A stretch of DNA of 64,000 nucleotides from Methanomassiliicoccaceae archaeon. Lineage in GTDB: Archaea > Thermoplasmatota > Thermoplasmata > Methanomassiliicoccales > UBA472. Numbering within the stretch: position 1 is the stretch's first letter; the number at the start of each line of letters is the position of its first letter. Shown one piece after another: positions 1 through 9,055 of the stretch. The stretch is from positions 456,176 through 520,175 of the forward strand of contig CAWGZX010000005.1 of NCBI GenBank assembly GCA_963827135.1, given 5' to 3'. A model generated the notes under the pieces. It saw only the letters and a list, made by a program, of their open reading frames with translations. It was not told where the DNA came from and did not search any database. The translations under genes were made by a program, and so were the position numbers.

Positions 1-465
1 GGTCATGGCAGCGTAGAGCGGGTTCGGCAGCCTCTCCTTCTCCAAGGCCTCCTCATGGATCCGCTCCATCTCCGACATTTCCCCTTTGGCGCCTGTTCCT
101 CGATCGTCCTTTGATCGGAGTCGCTCCAACATGCCCTGGCGTACCAGTGCCTCCCTGGCAACGTGACCCGTGAGCCTCCTGGTCTGCTTATAGGTCAAAA
201 TGGCCAGCATGGCGAAGCCGGCGATGTACATCACCACGTACCCGAATATCAACCCGTCCAGGCCGGGAAGCAGAAATGCGAAGGCCACGAACCCTCCTAG
301 GCCGAAGGTGACGGCCGCCAGGGGGAAATATCTCCACCATCCGGCGATCGTCTCGTCGGTTTGGACGCGACGCTCTATGCCCTCCGCCACCTTCTGCGTG
401 CCATCGCTCCTGGGACCGTGATTGGGGCGCTTCTTCTCGACAGGGGGCTCTGACAACTTACCCAC
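1..465 (-). CDS. hypothetical membrane protein, partial (3' end lies beyond the left window edge)
   Basis: My own minus-strand translation shows a frame open from an in-frame TGA (496-498) down to position 1 with no stop. It reads ...ETIAGWWRYFPLAAVTFGLGGFVAFAFLLPGLDGLIFGYVVMYIAGFAMLAILTYKQTRRL...EKERLPNPLYAAMT and has two hydrophobic helices. The only upstream start candidates are GTG (463-465) and TTG (454-456). It is absent from the ORF track because it has no in-window stop. No family recognised. Confidence 0.3.
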   Translation of the reverse strand, partial: MGKLSEPPVEKKRPNHGPRSDGTQKVAEGIERRVQTDETIAGWWRYFPLAAVTFGLGGFVAFAFLLPGLDGLIFGYVVMYIAGFAMLAILTYKQTRRLTGHVAREALVRQGMLERLRSKDDRGTGAKGEMSEMERIHEEALEKERLPNPLYAAMT

Positions 466-518
466 CGACTCCTTGCTCAGCCGGTTATGGAGGGGTCACA
501 TACAAAACGTTAACCAGG

Positions 519-1334
519 TCACCTGCGGACGATTATGCCGGCGTATCCGACCACCTCGGGCATCGGCTGCACGTCCCCAGAGTTGGCGTACTTGAGGAGC
601 TGGGCGCTCCTGCCCCCCACGGCCTCGAGCATGGTCATGACCGGGCCATAGCCACACATGGACACGTCCTTGCCACGAACGGTGGCCTCGACCCCTTTGG
701 CGTCCAAGGCGAGTATCCTGTCGATGACGGCCATGTCCTGCTTCTCCGCGAACTTCGGGGGCACATAATGAGAGAAGTCGCTGGAGGCCAGGACGATGAC
801 GTCCCTCCCTTCGCACGCCTTCCTCAACCTTGTGCCTAGCTCCTTGGCGGTCTCGAAGTCCTGGAATCCCATGCATATCGGCAGGAACTTGGCCTTCGGG
901 GAGAAGTACTGGATGAAAGGGACCTGCACCTCGACCGAATGCTCATACTGATGGGCTGAAGGGTCATCGTCCACGAAGCCCCGTAGCCTCTTGGCCAGCT
1001 CCTTGTCGGTCTCCATCGTCCCGAGCGGGGTAAGGAAGTCCTCGCTGCTCATGGCAATCCCGGGTCCCACCCCATGATGGTTGGGGCCGATGATGACGAA
1101 GGTCTCCGGGAATCCCTCCTTGGCTATGGCGCTGTAGACGTGAGCGGCCACAGGGCCAGAGAACATGTAGCCCGCATGGGGGACGACCCCTCCTACGATG
1201 CTCCCCCTCTTACCTTGCTTTAAGACAGGCACATCGCCGGGTCCGATCCTGCTGGTGAAGCATTGCTCGATCTCATGGCGGAGCGCCTTCTCCTTGGAGG
1301 CGTAGAAACGACCGGCTACGGCGGGATAACGCAT
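519..1334 (-). CDS. MEMO1-family protein (AmmeMemoRadiSam system protein B-like)
   Basis: 271-aa ORF with motifs GGVVPHAGYMFSGPVAAHVY, IIGPNHHG and ASSDFSHY, typical of the Memo/UPF0103 dioxygenase-like family. Confidence 0.8.
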   Translation of the reverse strand: MRYPAVAGRFYASKEKALRHEIEQCFTSRIGPGDVPVLKQGKRGSIVGGVVPHAGYMFSGPVAAHVYSAIAKEGFPETFVIIGPNHHGVGPGIAMSSEDFLTPLGTMETDKELAKRLRGFVDDDPSAHQYEHSVEVQVPFIQYFSPKAKFLPICMGFQDFETAKELGTRLRKACEGRDVIVLASSDFSHYVPPKFAEKQDMAVIDRILALDAKGVEATVRGKDVSMCGYGPVMTMLEAVGGRSAQLLKYANSGDVQPMPEVVGYAGIIVRR

Positions 1335-1402
1335 GCTGACCCGTAGAAAATCTGTTAGAAGGGAGATTTAAGGTTTTGGTCGAAGGGGTTTGCGAGGTCG
1401 GC

Positions 1403-2017
1403 CTATAAGCTGGCCTCGAAGTCGTCGATGGTCTTGGTGAACTCCTCGTCCTTGGCGATGACGCCCTTCTCCTTGAGCATCTCGCGGGTGAGGAGCCAGT
1501 ACACACAGGCCAGAGCGCGCCTCCCCTTGTTGTTGGTGGGGATGACCAGGTCCACGTTCCTGGTCTCGTTGTTGGCGTCGCACAGGGCGATGATGGGTAT
1601 GCCGATGTTCATGGCCTCCGCCATCGCCTGCTGGTCGGCCGCGGGGTCCGTGACCAATAGGACCTCGGGCTCGGTGTACTGCGGGAGCTGGGGGTTGGTG
1701 AGCGACCCAGGGATGAACCTTCCTTCCTTGGTTGTCATCGCACCTACGATGCTGGTGAAGATCTTGACTGGCTTCTGCCCGTATTGGCGGGCGGATACCA
1801 CCATCACCCTATCGGGGGAGTAGCGGGCCAGGAACTTCGCCGCGGCGCGTATGCGCGAATCGGTCTGCTTCACATCCAAGACGTACAGCCCATCGGACCG
1901 TACCTTGAAAATGAACTGCTTCATGTCGGCGCTCTTTTGCTGCGTGCCTATGTGAACGCCGGAGGTAAGATAGACATCCTCTGGTACTAGCAAATCAACT
2001 TTGATCTCGTCGCTCAT
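1403..2017 (-). CDS. rps2: 30S ribosomal protein S2 (uS2)
   Basis: 204 aa. [20 protein letters not shown]...[27 protein letters not shown] is characteristic of archaeal uS2. The gene ends on TAG (1403-1405). Confidence 0.95.
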   Translation of the reverse strand: MSDEIKVDLLVPEDVYLTSGVHIGTQQKSADMKQFIFKVRSDGLYVLDVKQTDSRIRAAAKFLARYSPDRVMVVSARQYGQKPVKIFTSIVGAMTTKEGRFIPGSLTNPQLPQYTEPEVLLVTDPAADQQAMAEAMNIGIPIIALCDANNETRNVDLVIPTNNKGRRALACVYWLLTREMLKEKGVIAKDEEFTKTIDDFEASL

Positions 2018-2031
2018 CTACAACCCTTCCA

Positions 2032-2205
2032 TTAATCCCTCTTGACATCAATGGGTATGACATGCCTATCGAACTCCGTGCGAGCTATCTCGATGGGGTC
2101 GATAGTACCCTCTGGTATATCGATGAGTACTGGTGCACCGAGAGAAATCTGAAGCGCCCTGGCACCAATGATGCGAGCCTTCTCGAACCTGGTGTACTTC
2201 TTCAT
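2032..2205 (-). CDS. rpoK: DNA-directed RNA polymerase subunit K (Rpo6)
   Basis: Below the 60-aa cutoff of the track, so I translated it myself: [57 protein letters not shown]. It carries the [16 protein letters not shown] signature and sits 14 nt upstream of rps2. Confidence 0.85.
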   Translation of the reverse strand: MKKYTRFEKARIIGARALQISLGAPVLIDIPEGTIDPIEIARTEFDRHVIPIDVKRD

Positions 2206-2332
2206 ACAATCACCAATAAAGGGGTAAGGCCCCTAATTAGCGGGTCCCTTATAAGCTTTTTGTAGCAATGGCTGGCATTCCTTCCCATCCTTTTTGCCGA
2301 GCCAGAGCCTCAAAGATGATGCATTGGCCCTC

Positions 2333-2824
2333 TTATTCCCCACGCAGTCTTCTCCTAGTGTGGGGGACCAGGCCTCCCTCGTCCAAAATGCGAAGGAGGA
2401 AATCGGGGAGGGGCGAGAACGTGAGCCTCTCCCCATCCTGCAGGGCGATCGAGCCGCCATGCAGGTCGATCCCTATCTGGTCGTCCGACCGTATTCTAGA
2501 GGCGGCGGCGGGACACGCTATCACCGGCATACCGACGTTGATCGAGTTGCGGTAGAATATCCTGGCGAAGCTGCCTGCGACCACGGCCGAGACCCCCGCA
2601 TGCTTGAGCGCCAAAGGCGCTTGCTCCCTGCTCGAGCCGCATCCGAAGTTGCGTCCCGCCACTATGATGTCGCCCTTCGCCACCCTCCTCGGGAACTCTG
2701 GATCGGCATCCTCCATGACGTGAGCAGCGAGGTTCTTGGCGCTGTAATCGTCCAGATAGCGACCGGGTATGATCAGGTCGGTGTTGATGTGGTCCCCGAA
2801 GACCCATGCTCGCCCCTTGATCAT
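2333..2824 (-). CDS. 3-isopropylmalate / homoaconitate dehydratase small subunit
   Basis: The track ORF (2333-3010) is trimmed to [24 protein letters not shown]...[14 protein letters not shown]. Its ATG overlaps the stop of the large subunit (ATGA at 2821-2824). I cannot distinguish LeuD from HacB by eye. Confidence 0.85.
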   Translation of the reverse strand: MIKGRAWVFGDHINTDLIIPGRYLDDYSAKNLAAHVMEDADPEFPRRVAKGDIIVAGRNFGCGSSREQAPLALKHAGVSAVVAGSFARIFYRNSINVGMPVIACPAAASRIRSDDQIGIDLHGGSIALQDGERLTFSPLPDFLLRILDEGGLVPHTRRRLRGE

Positions 2825-4083
2825 CGGGCCACCTCCCTGGGGTCGGCGATCTCTCCCTTGAGCGCGCTTGCCGCCACCGTCGCCGGCGAGGCGAGGTACA
2901 CCTCTGCCTCCGGAGATCCCATCCTGCCCTTGAAGTTGCGATTGGTGGTGGAGATGCATCTCTCCCCTGGCGCGAGCAAGCCCTCGTGGGCGCCTAGGCA
3001 CGGCCCACATCCTGGGTTCAGGATCACCGCGCCCGACCTCGCCAACGATGCCAGCAGACCTTTCTCTGAGGCCTCAATGTAAACGTCCCTAGAAGCGGGG
3101 GCGATTATGAGCCTCACATTGGGAGATGCTTCCCTGCCCCTCAGCATCCTCTCCGCCTCTACCAGGTCCTCAAGCCTGCCGTTGGTGCAGGAACCGATGA
3201 ACGCCTGGTCGATGGGTATGCCTGCGGCCTCCTCAACCGCCACCACATTGTCCACTGAGTGGGGCTTCGCCACCTGCGGCCCCAGCTTCGACATGTCGAA
3301 CTCCATGACCTCCTTCACCTCTGCCTTCGGGTCGGAGAAGATCATGGTCGTGGCGCTCTTCCCCCTGGCCGCTAGGAAGTCGACGGTCTTCTGGTCGGGG
3401 AAGCAGACGCCTGCCTTGGCGCCCATCTCCACGCTCATGTTGGAGAGGACCATTCGGCTGGCGATCGAGAAGGAGTCGACGGCCTGCCCGACGAACTCGA
3501 CGCATTTGTAATCCGCTCCATCCGCCCCCAGGTCGCCGATGACCCTCAATATGGCATCCTTGGATGTCGTTCCCCGAGGCAAGGGGCCGCTCAGCACCAG
3601 CCTGAGGGTCTCTGGCACCTTCAACCAGAGCTCTCCTGTGGCCCACACCGAGGCCATCTCGGTCGCCCCGATGCCGGTGGAGAACGCGCCCAGGGCCCCG
3701 TAGGTCGTGGTATGCGAGTCCGTGCCCACGATGAGCATGCCAGGGAGCACGTGGCCTTTCTCAGGCAACACCTGATGGCAGACCCCGGCCCGGAAGTCGT
3801 AGAAGTTAGGTATGGCCGATTCCCGGACGAACTCCCTCACCGCCTTGTGCCCCTCAGCGGCCTTGACGGTGTTCGCTGGTACCCGGTGGTCGAAGAGCAT
3901 TATGACCTTGCTCCGGTCCCAGACCTCCTTGCCGCCCATCTCCCGGAACGACTTGAGGACCAGGGCTGAGTTCTCGTGAGACATGGCCAAATCTATCTTG
4001 GCCGTCACGATGTTCCCCGTTGAGGCCTCATTCCCGCTGGCCAGGGAGAGCGCCTTTTCTGCGAAGGTCTTGGCAACCATCAA
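2821..4083 (-). CDS. 3-isopropylmalate / homoaconitate dehydratase large subunit (aconitase family)
   Basis: 420 aa with GTDSHTTTYGALGAFSTGIG, IGSCTNGR and CGPCLG, the Fe-S cluster cysteine motifs of the aconitase superfamily. Confidence 0.9.
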   Translation of the reverse strand: MMVAKTFAEKALSLASGNEASTGNIVTAKIDLAMSHENSALVLKSFREMGGKEVWDRSKVIMLFDHRVPANTVKAAEGHKAVREFVRESAIPNFYDFRAGVCHQVLPEKGHVLPGMLIVGTDSHTTTYGALGAFSTGIGATEMASVWATGELWLKVPETLRLVLSGPLPRGTTSKDAILRVIGDLGADGADYKCVEFVGQAVDSFSIASRMVLSNMSVEMGAKAGVCFPDQKTVDFLAARGKSATTMIFSDPKAEVKEVMEFDMSKLGPQVAKPHSVDNVVAVEEAAGIPIDQAFIGSCTNGRLEDLVEAERMLRGREASPNVRLIIAPASRDVYIEASEKGLLASLARSGAVILNPGCGPCLGAHEGLLAPGERCISTTNRNFKGRMGSPEAEVYLASPATVAASALKGEIADPREVAR

Positions 4084-4149
4084 GCTGAGCGAACACGGCT
4101 GCGGATTAATAACGGTGTTGGTCCATGATAGACGGCGCTGGCCTCAACG

Positions 4150-4548
4150 TTAGCCTCGGAGCATTCCGCTAAGGCGCTGGAACATGCTCTTCCAAGTGAG
4201 GTATCCGACCACCTTGCCCTCCTTATCCACCACTGGGAGATGGCGAATGTTCTTCTTTGCCATCAGGTCCAGGGCCACGTCCAAGGTCGCGGTGGGGGGG
4301 ACGGTGACGACGGGACTGGTCATTACCTGGTTGACAGTCAGATAGAGGAACTTGGACTGCGCCTCGAGGTAATGGCGCAGAAGGTCCCTCTCGGTGAATA
4401 TCCCCACCAGCCTGCCTGCCCTGTCCACCACCAGGACGCTGCCCACGTCCCTCTCCACCATCAGCTCGATGGCGCTGATCACCGCGTCCTGCGGATCCAC
4501 GACCTCTCTCTTCGGGGACATCAGGTCGCGCACCATGTGACCGGTCAT
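4150..4548 (-). CDS. CBS domain pair protein
   Basis: 132 aa with two CBS repeats (VRDLMSPKREVVDP...VGSVLVVD..LVGIFTERDLL and VNQVMTSPVVTV...HLPVVDKEGKVVGYLT). Confidence 0.8.
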   Translation of the reverse strand: MTGHMVRDLMSPKREVVDPQDAVISAIELMVERDVGSVLVVDRAGRLVGIFTERDLLRHYLEAQSKFLYLTVNQVMTSPVVTVPPTATLDVALDLMAKKNIRHLPVVDKEGKVVGYLTWKSMFQRLSGMLRG

Positions 4549-4670
4549 GTCGATGATATTGAAACCCAGGGACGATATAATGATGCATTCCCCAGAGAGA
4601 CGGTTTGGGCATAGATTCTTGTCCGGCGCGAACCCTAATCAGATGGCAGGAAGGTCAGAGGTGCGATGGA

Positions 4671-6209
4671 ATGGCGAAGGTAACGGTCTTTGACGGCGCG
4701 GACTGCATCGGGGGCAACAAGATCCACCTAGATTTTGATGGCAAGGGCCTTTTCTTCGATTTCGGGCAGAACTACAAGCGAATGGGCGATTATTACACGG
4801 ATTTCCTGAAGCCCCGCTCGTCCAGGGGCGTCCATGATTACTTCGAGATGGGGTTGATCCCTGACATCCCCCAGATCCGCGCGGACGCCATGAGCGACGA
4901 TGTGGACCACGTCCATCAAACCAAGCTGAGGGTGGACGCCCTGTTCGTGTCCCATGCCCACATGGACCATATCGGCCACGCCGGGTTCCTGGACTTCAGC
5001 GTGCCTTTCGTGGCTTCGCCCATGACCGCGGTAATGATGAAGGCCATGAAGGACTGCGGTCAGAGAGGGTGCGAGACCGAGTGCGTCTATGGCCAGAGGA
5101 GGGACAGGGACCCTGAGGACGGAAGGATCGTACGCACCATCAGGATGAGGAAGGGCGACACCTACAAGGGAAGGGACTTCATGCTTACCTCATCGCCCCC
5201 GAAAGGGATGCGGGATTTCTGGGAGGAGAGCGTCTACAGCTACGAGATCGACGCAGGCGAGTTCTTGGACCGGAGCTATCTCGATTTCGAGTTCCAGTCC
5301 TTCGACGTCGACCATTCCATCTACGGCGCCACGGCCTATGCCGTTAATACCAGCGATGGGTACGTAGTGTATACTGGAGACCTGAGGCGCCATGGGCGTT
5401 TCCGCAAGAGGACGGACGACTTCGTGGAGAAGGCGGCCGCCCTCGAGCCGGCAGCGCTGATTATCGAGGGCACGAGGACGACCAGGGGCGAGTCCTCGGC
5501 CTACGTGGACGAGGCAGTGGTCAAGCAGACATGCCTGGACGCGGTCAAGGAGGAGGGTTCGCTGGTCATCGCGGACTTCTCCGCCCGCAACTTCGAGCGC
5601 CTGGATACGTTCATGGAGATCGCCCAGGAGACGGACCGGAGCCTGATCGTGACCAAGAAGGACGCTTATTACCTCCAGGCCATCGAGAAGGTAGATGGCA
5701 AGGACAGGATGGAAGGCGTAAAGGTCTTCGGGGCATTGAAGGCGCAGGAAAGCGGGGTGGAGGAGGCGGCCTGCCGGTGCTCGAGCGAGGTCCTCGACCC
5801 CAGGTCAGTCGCCGAGGCTCCCGAGCGATACATCCTCTGCTTCTCCTATTTCGACATGGGGAACCTGCTGGACATCAAGCACAAGGGCGGGACGTACGTC
5901 TACTCGAACAGCGAGGCCTTCAACGAGGAGCAGGTTGTGGACTTCCGCAGGCTGAACAACTGGCTCAGGCTCTTCCAGCTCAAGGTCAAAGGATTCACGC
6001 TGGCCGGCGAGGAAGGAAGGGAGGAGCCAGCGTTCGACCGACGCTTCCATGCGTCCGGCCATGTCTCGCTGGAGGACCTAATCGACGTCGTCCAAGAGAT
6101 AGATGCCAAGAAGGTCTTCCCTGTGCACACCGAGGACCCATCACCATTGAGGAAGGCGGGGATCGCTGGGTTACAGGATGTCAAGCAAGGCAAGCCCATG
6201 CAGATATGA
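4671..6209 (+). CDS. metallo-beta-lactamase / beta-CASP ribonuclease, RNase J-like
   Basis: Motifs HAHMDHIGH (HxHxDH), VDHSIYGA, YTGDLRRHG (compare RNase J YTGDFK) and FHASGH. The start is moved to the ATG at 4671, which is preceded by GAGGTG 8 nt upstream. The track start at 4605 looks like an extension. Confidence 0.6.
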   Translation: MAKVTVFDGADCIGGNKIHLDFDGKGLFFDFGQNYKRMGDYYTDFLKPRSSRGVHDYFEMGLIPDIPQIRADAMSDDVDHVHQTKLRVDALFVSHAHMDHIGHAGFLDFSVPFVASPMTAVMMKAMKDCGQRGCETECVYGQRRDRDPEDGRIVRTIRMRKGDTYKGRDFMLTSSPPKGMRDFWEESVYSYEIDAGEFLDRSYLDFEFQSFDVDHSIYGATAYAVNTSDGYVVYTGDLRRHGRFRKRTDDFVEKAAALEPAALIIEGTRTTRGESSAYVDEAVVKQTCLDAVKEEGSLVIADFSARNFERLDTFMEIAQETDRSLIVTKKDAYYLQAIEKVDGKDRMEGVKVFGALKAQESGVEEAACRCSSEVLDPRSVAEAPERYILCFSYFDMGNLLDIKHKGGTYVYSNSEAFNEEQVVDFRRLNNWLRLFQLKVKGFTLAGEEGREEPAFDRRFHASGHVSLEDLIDVVQEIDAKKVFPVHTEDPSPLRKAGIAGLQDVKQGKPMQI

Positions 6210-6210
6210 C

Positions 6211-7560
6211 CTAGGTCCATTTGGCGACGTAGGCATCGACATCGAACTTGGACCTTGCCCCACCATAGCTCATGAAGCGGACCTTGCCGAAGACCTTGCG
6301 GGACGGCCAGGCCCGGTCGTGGACGCCCCCTATGGACCAGGCCATGCCGGCGTAGCCGTTGGGGTCCCGTCCATCCAGCTCGTAGCGGTCGTTGAGCATG
6401 ATGGCGATGCGCAGGGCCTCCTCCGGCGTCTCCGACCATTCCAGGATCTTCTTGGCCCAGTACATCCGCATGTAACCATGCATCTTGCCCCGCCGGACCA
6501 TCTCGTTCTGAGCGGCGTTCCAGAGCGGGTCGTGCGTCCTGGCCTCCTCGAACTCTCGCGAAGAATAAACATATTCGCGCTCATCGTGGCGATGCTGCTC
6601 CAATGAGGCCTTCGACCATTCCGGGAAGCCTGAGACCGAATCATAGTCAGGTACGTGGAGGCAGAAGTTGTCCGAGAGCTCGCGCCTGACGATGAGCTCC
6701 TCTAGGAAGGCTTGCGTCGAAGGCCCAAGTACCTGGGCCTTGGATATCTCGAAGGCTGTCCTCTGGGGGGAGAGCTGTCCGAAATGGATGTAGGGGGAGA
6801 GGTCCGACTGCCCTCCTTTGTTGGGGTCATTCCGGCGGTCCTGGTAGCTGGAGAGGCCTTTGGTAATGAAATCCTCGAGCTTCTTATGGGCGGCCGCCTC
6901 TCCCGACTTAATCCAGTCTATCGGGCCTCCTTGATCCTCGGCCCTGATTGAGGCTTTGACCATTTTCCAGTCTATCGGCTGGCCATCCTTCCATTCGGTC
7001 CTCGGCCTCTTCGCCGAAGGAGGCTGGTCGAGGAAGGAAGGTAACAATTTGGCTAGCTTGCGGCGTAGGGTCGCCGCCCCCCATTCTCGTTTATTTGAGG
7101 CGATCCAGCAAGGCACGATGTTGTGCGCGTCCACCTCGTAAACGGTCGTTCTGGATTCTTTACAGACAGACTCCCTCCAAAGCCTCTTCAGCCGAAGCGG
7201 GTCGAAGTCGATCACCATTGCTGCTGGCTCGATCTCTGAGAGCAGGTCGGGGACGCTGCTCATGGGCTCACCTAGGACCAGACGGAAGCCTATGCCCTTC
7301 TTGGTCAGCCCTTTCTCGACCTCGGTCATCCCTTCCAGCATGAATTCATAGTTGCGAATGGCCGCGCCGATGAAGCTCGGGGACATGGCGAAGAAGACGA
7401 GCAATGGAAGACCGCGCCGGTCGGCCTCCTTAGTTGCGAAGGCTAGAGCGTGATTGTCCTGGCAGCGCTGCTCACGGCTCATCCAGTAGCAGACGCACCT
7501 GCCCTCTCCGTCCCCTTTCTGGATCGGCCTTGCCCTAGCTTCGAGGTCACCATTGCTCAT
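6211..7560 (-). CDS. phr: deoxyribodipyrimidine photolyase, class II-like
   Basis: 449 aa. N-terminal CVCYWMSREQRCQDNHAL, and C-terminal WNAAQNEMVRRGKMHGYMRMYWAKKILEW...DPNGYAGMAWSIGG, typical of class II CPD photolyases. Confidence 0.85.
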   Translation of the reverse strand: MSNGDLEARARPIQKGDGEGRCVCYWMSREQRCQDNHALAFATKEADRRGLPLLVFFAMSPSFIGAAIRNYEFMLEGMTEVEKGLTKKGIGFRLVLGEPMSSVPDLLSEIEPAAMVIDFDPLRLKRLWRESVCKESRTTVYEVDAHNIVPCWIASNKREWGAATLRRKLAKLLPSFLDQPPSAKRPRTEWKDGQPIDWKMVKASIRAEDQGGPIDWIKSGEAAAHKKLEDFITKGLSSYQDRRNDPNKGGQSDLSPYIHFGQLSPQRTAFEISKAQVLGPSTQAFLEELIVRRELSDNFCLHVPDYDSVSGFPEWSKASLEQHRHDEREYVYSSREFEEARTHDPLWNAAQNEMVRRGKMHGYMRMYWAKKILEWSETPEEALRIAIMLNDRYELDGRDPNGYAGMAWSIGGVHDRAWPSRKVFGKVRFMSYGGARSKFDVDAYVAKWT

Positions 7561-7586
7561 CGCCTATGGGATTCCAAGGTTATGGA

Positions 7587-8360
7587 CTAAATGCTTCCGC
7601 TCGGTGCTCTCCGAGGCGCGAACCATTCATTCTCTCGCCTCAGCATCCGACGCTTCGAGTCCAGGGATAGGATGGCGACAGCTGTTGGAATCGAGGAAGC
7701 GACGAGGACAGGCTGTCCGAGCCAAATGCCGACGGAGGCGAAGATCGCGGCTGCGCCGACCGCCAAAGGAATGAAGACCATTCGATGCCTCCTTTCGCTC
7801 ATCTTGACCTGGACCGCCAACTCCCTGCTCGGACACGGGTCCAGGAGCACGGCGAAGGCCAGAGCGGTGGAGATCATGCTGGCTTGATTCATGGCCGAGG
7901 ACGAGCCTTTCTTAGGAGAGAGCGAACGCAGGCAGAGGTCGATGAAGAGGGGCGAGGGCACTGCCGCCTCCTCCCCGATGCGGACGGCATCGAGAGGCAC
8001 TCGCCTCAATCCAATCTCCGCCTCTCGTGCATCGTGGAACCAGTGGAACGGGCCAACGGCGACGCTCCGGTCCTGGACATAGTGAAGGGCGCGGCCCAGG
8101 CACCACATCGCGTCCTCCTCCCTGCCCTCCAGGTAGGCGGTCCTCGCCTTCCATAGCAGACCCCTTATGAAGCGCTTCGTGGCGCGATGATGCCTAACCC
8201 GGCGCCGGCGCAGGAGCATGCGGCTGTTCCTGGTGATGACCTTGTCGCCCTCGCGGTCCGGCTGGATCGAGCCTTGGCGCAGGACCTCGCTCATCTCCTT
8301 CGGCAGGTCCAGCCGCTCGGCCACGGCATTGGCGATCTCCAGATGGCTCTTCCATTTCAT
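7587..8360 (-). CDS. membrane-anchored zinc-dependent phospholipase C-like family protein (tentative)
   Basis: 257 aa. N-terminal W-x-S-H..IA..VA and a later ALHYVQD...H motif resemble the PF00882-type metal site (recalled from memory). Two C-terminal hydrophobic helices. It has its own AT-rich promoter. Confidence 0.4.
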   Translation of the reverse strand: MKWKSHLEIANAVAERLDLPKEMSEVLRQGSIQPDREGDKVITRNSRMLLRRRRVRHHRATKRFIRGLLWKARTAYLEGREEDAMWCLGRALHYVQDRSVAVGPFHWFHDAREAEIGLRRVPLDAVRIGEEAAVPSPLFIDLCLRSLSPKKGSSSAMNQASMISTALAFAVLLDPCPSRELAVQVKMSERRHRMVFIPLAVGAAAIFASVGIWLGQPVLVASSIPTAVAILSLDSKRRMLRRENEWFAPRRAPSGSI

Positions 8361-8371
8361 CTAAAATGCCG

Positions 8372-8400
8372 ATAGTATATATAATTAAGAATATAAAAAT
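8372..8400 (-). promoter_or_regulatory. AT-rich TATA-box region upstream of the 7587-8360 gene
   Basis: The minus strand reads TTTTTATATTCTTAATTATATATAC ending about 20 nt before the ATG at 8360. This is the only strongly AT-rich stretch in an otherwise GC-rich locus. Confidence 0.4.
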
Positions 8401-8416
8401 GATAAGGTTCCCCCGA

Positions 8417-9055
8417 TCAGTCCATGGTCTCGTCTCGGACCGGGACCCTGCTACCATCGGAGGGCGATGCCCTTTGCTTTGGCGCCCTGACCCTGCGCCA
8501 TATCAGATATGCTGATGCGGCGGCGATGACCAGCAGCACTATGCCAAGGACCATCAGCTCCGGGCTCGTCCCCCCGCCGGGGAGGAAGTAATCGGCTCCG
8601 TCCACGGGAGCCTCATTGCCGGATTGCGCCTCTCCGGCCCGAAGCGCTGCCTCGGAAAGGCTCGTCGTCAAAGCAGCGATTGCGCCCACGATCATCATCA
8701 GCGTTAGCGAGAAGACGATTACTATCTTGGTGTTCTCTCCTGGTGATATCAAGTCCCGAGCCTTCCAGGAGAGGCCGTAATAGACGAAGCCGTGCTCCTC
8801 GTAGCGGGTCACCAGCTCACCTTCCTCAAGCTTCTTGAGGTGCCGGTGCACCGCGGCCTTGTCTATCCCGAGCTGGTCGGCGAGCTGCGCCACCGTCCTC
8901 CTCTGGGGATGCAGCGCCTTCAGTATCTCCATGCGATTGTCCGAGGCCAGGGCGAAGAGCGCCTTCTTGTCCAGCTCGACCTTCATCTTGTCCGCCCTGT
9001 CATAAGGAAAGGAGGACGGGGTGCTTAACCCCTTGTCCGCGTCCGCTTCCATCAT
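8417..9055 (-). CDS. membrane-tethered ArsR-type winged-helix transcription regulator
   Basis: FALASDNRMEILKALHPQRRTVAQLADQLGIDKAAVHRHLKKLEEGELV is an ArsR/SmtB-type HTH. It is followed by two TM helices (IVIVFSLTLMMIVGAIAALTT and LMVLGIVLLVIAAASAYLIW). The start is trimmed to MMEADADKG, whose ATG overlaps the upstream stop (ATGA, 9052-9055). Confidence 0.7.
   Translation of the reverse strand: MMEADADKGLSTPSSFPYDRADKMKVELDKKALFALASDNRMEILKALHPQRRTVAQLADQLGIDKAAVHRHLKKLEEGELVTRYEEHGFVYYGLSWKARDLISPGENTKIVIVFSLTLMMIVGAIAALTTSLSEAALRAGEAQSGNEAPVDGADYFLPGGGTSPELMVLGIVLLVIAAASAYLIWRRVRAPKQRASPSDGSRVPVRDETMD

Noticed and set aside
200-421. A 73-aa plus-strand ORF near the left edge.
   Set aside because: It lies antisense to a longer open frame encoding a plausible two-helix membrane protein that runs off the window. 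It has no motifs of its own.
2206-2332. The GGGGCCTTACCCC hairpin followed by TTTATT on the minus strand, and the palindromic CTTATAAG between the dehydratase small subunit gene and rpoK, considered as a terminator or promoter.
   Set aside because: The 4-bp stem is too short for a confident call, and the signals overlap ambiguously. I left it unannotated.
2825-3010. N-terminal extensions of track ORFs for the dehydratase small subunit (to 3010), gatE (to 35593), rpoA1 (to 63702), thioredoxin (to 49412), the wHTH regulator (to 9121) and TraB (to 29620).
   Set aside because: The extensions are low-complexity and overlap the upstream gene. Internal ATGs give canonical family N-termini and ATGA/TGATG start-stop coupling.
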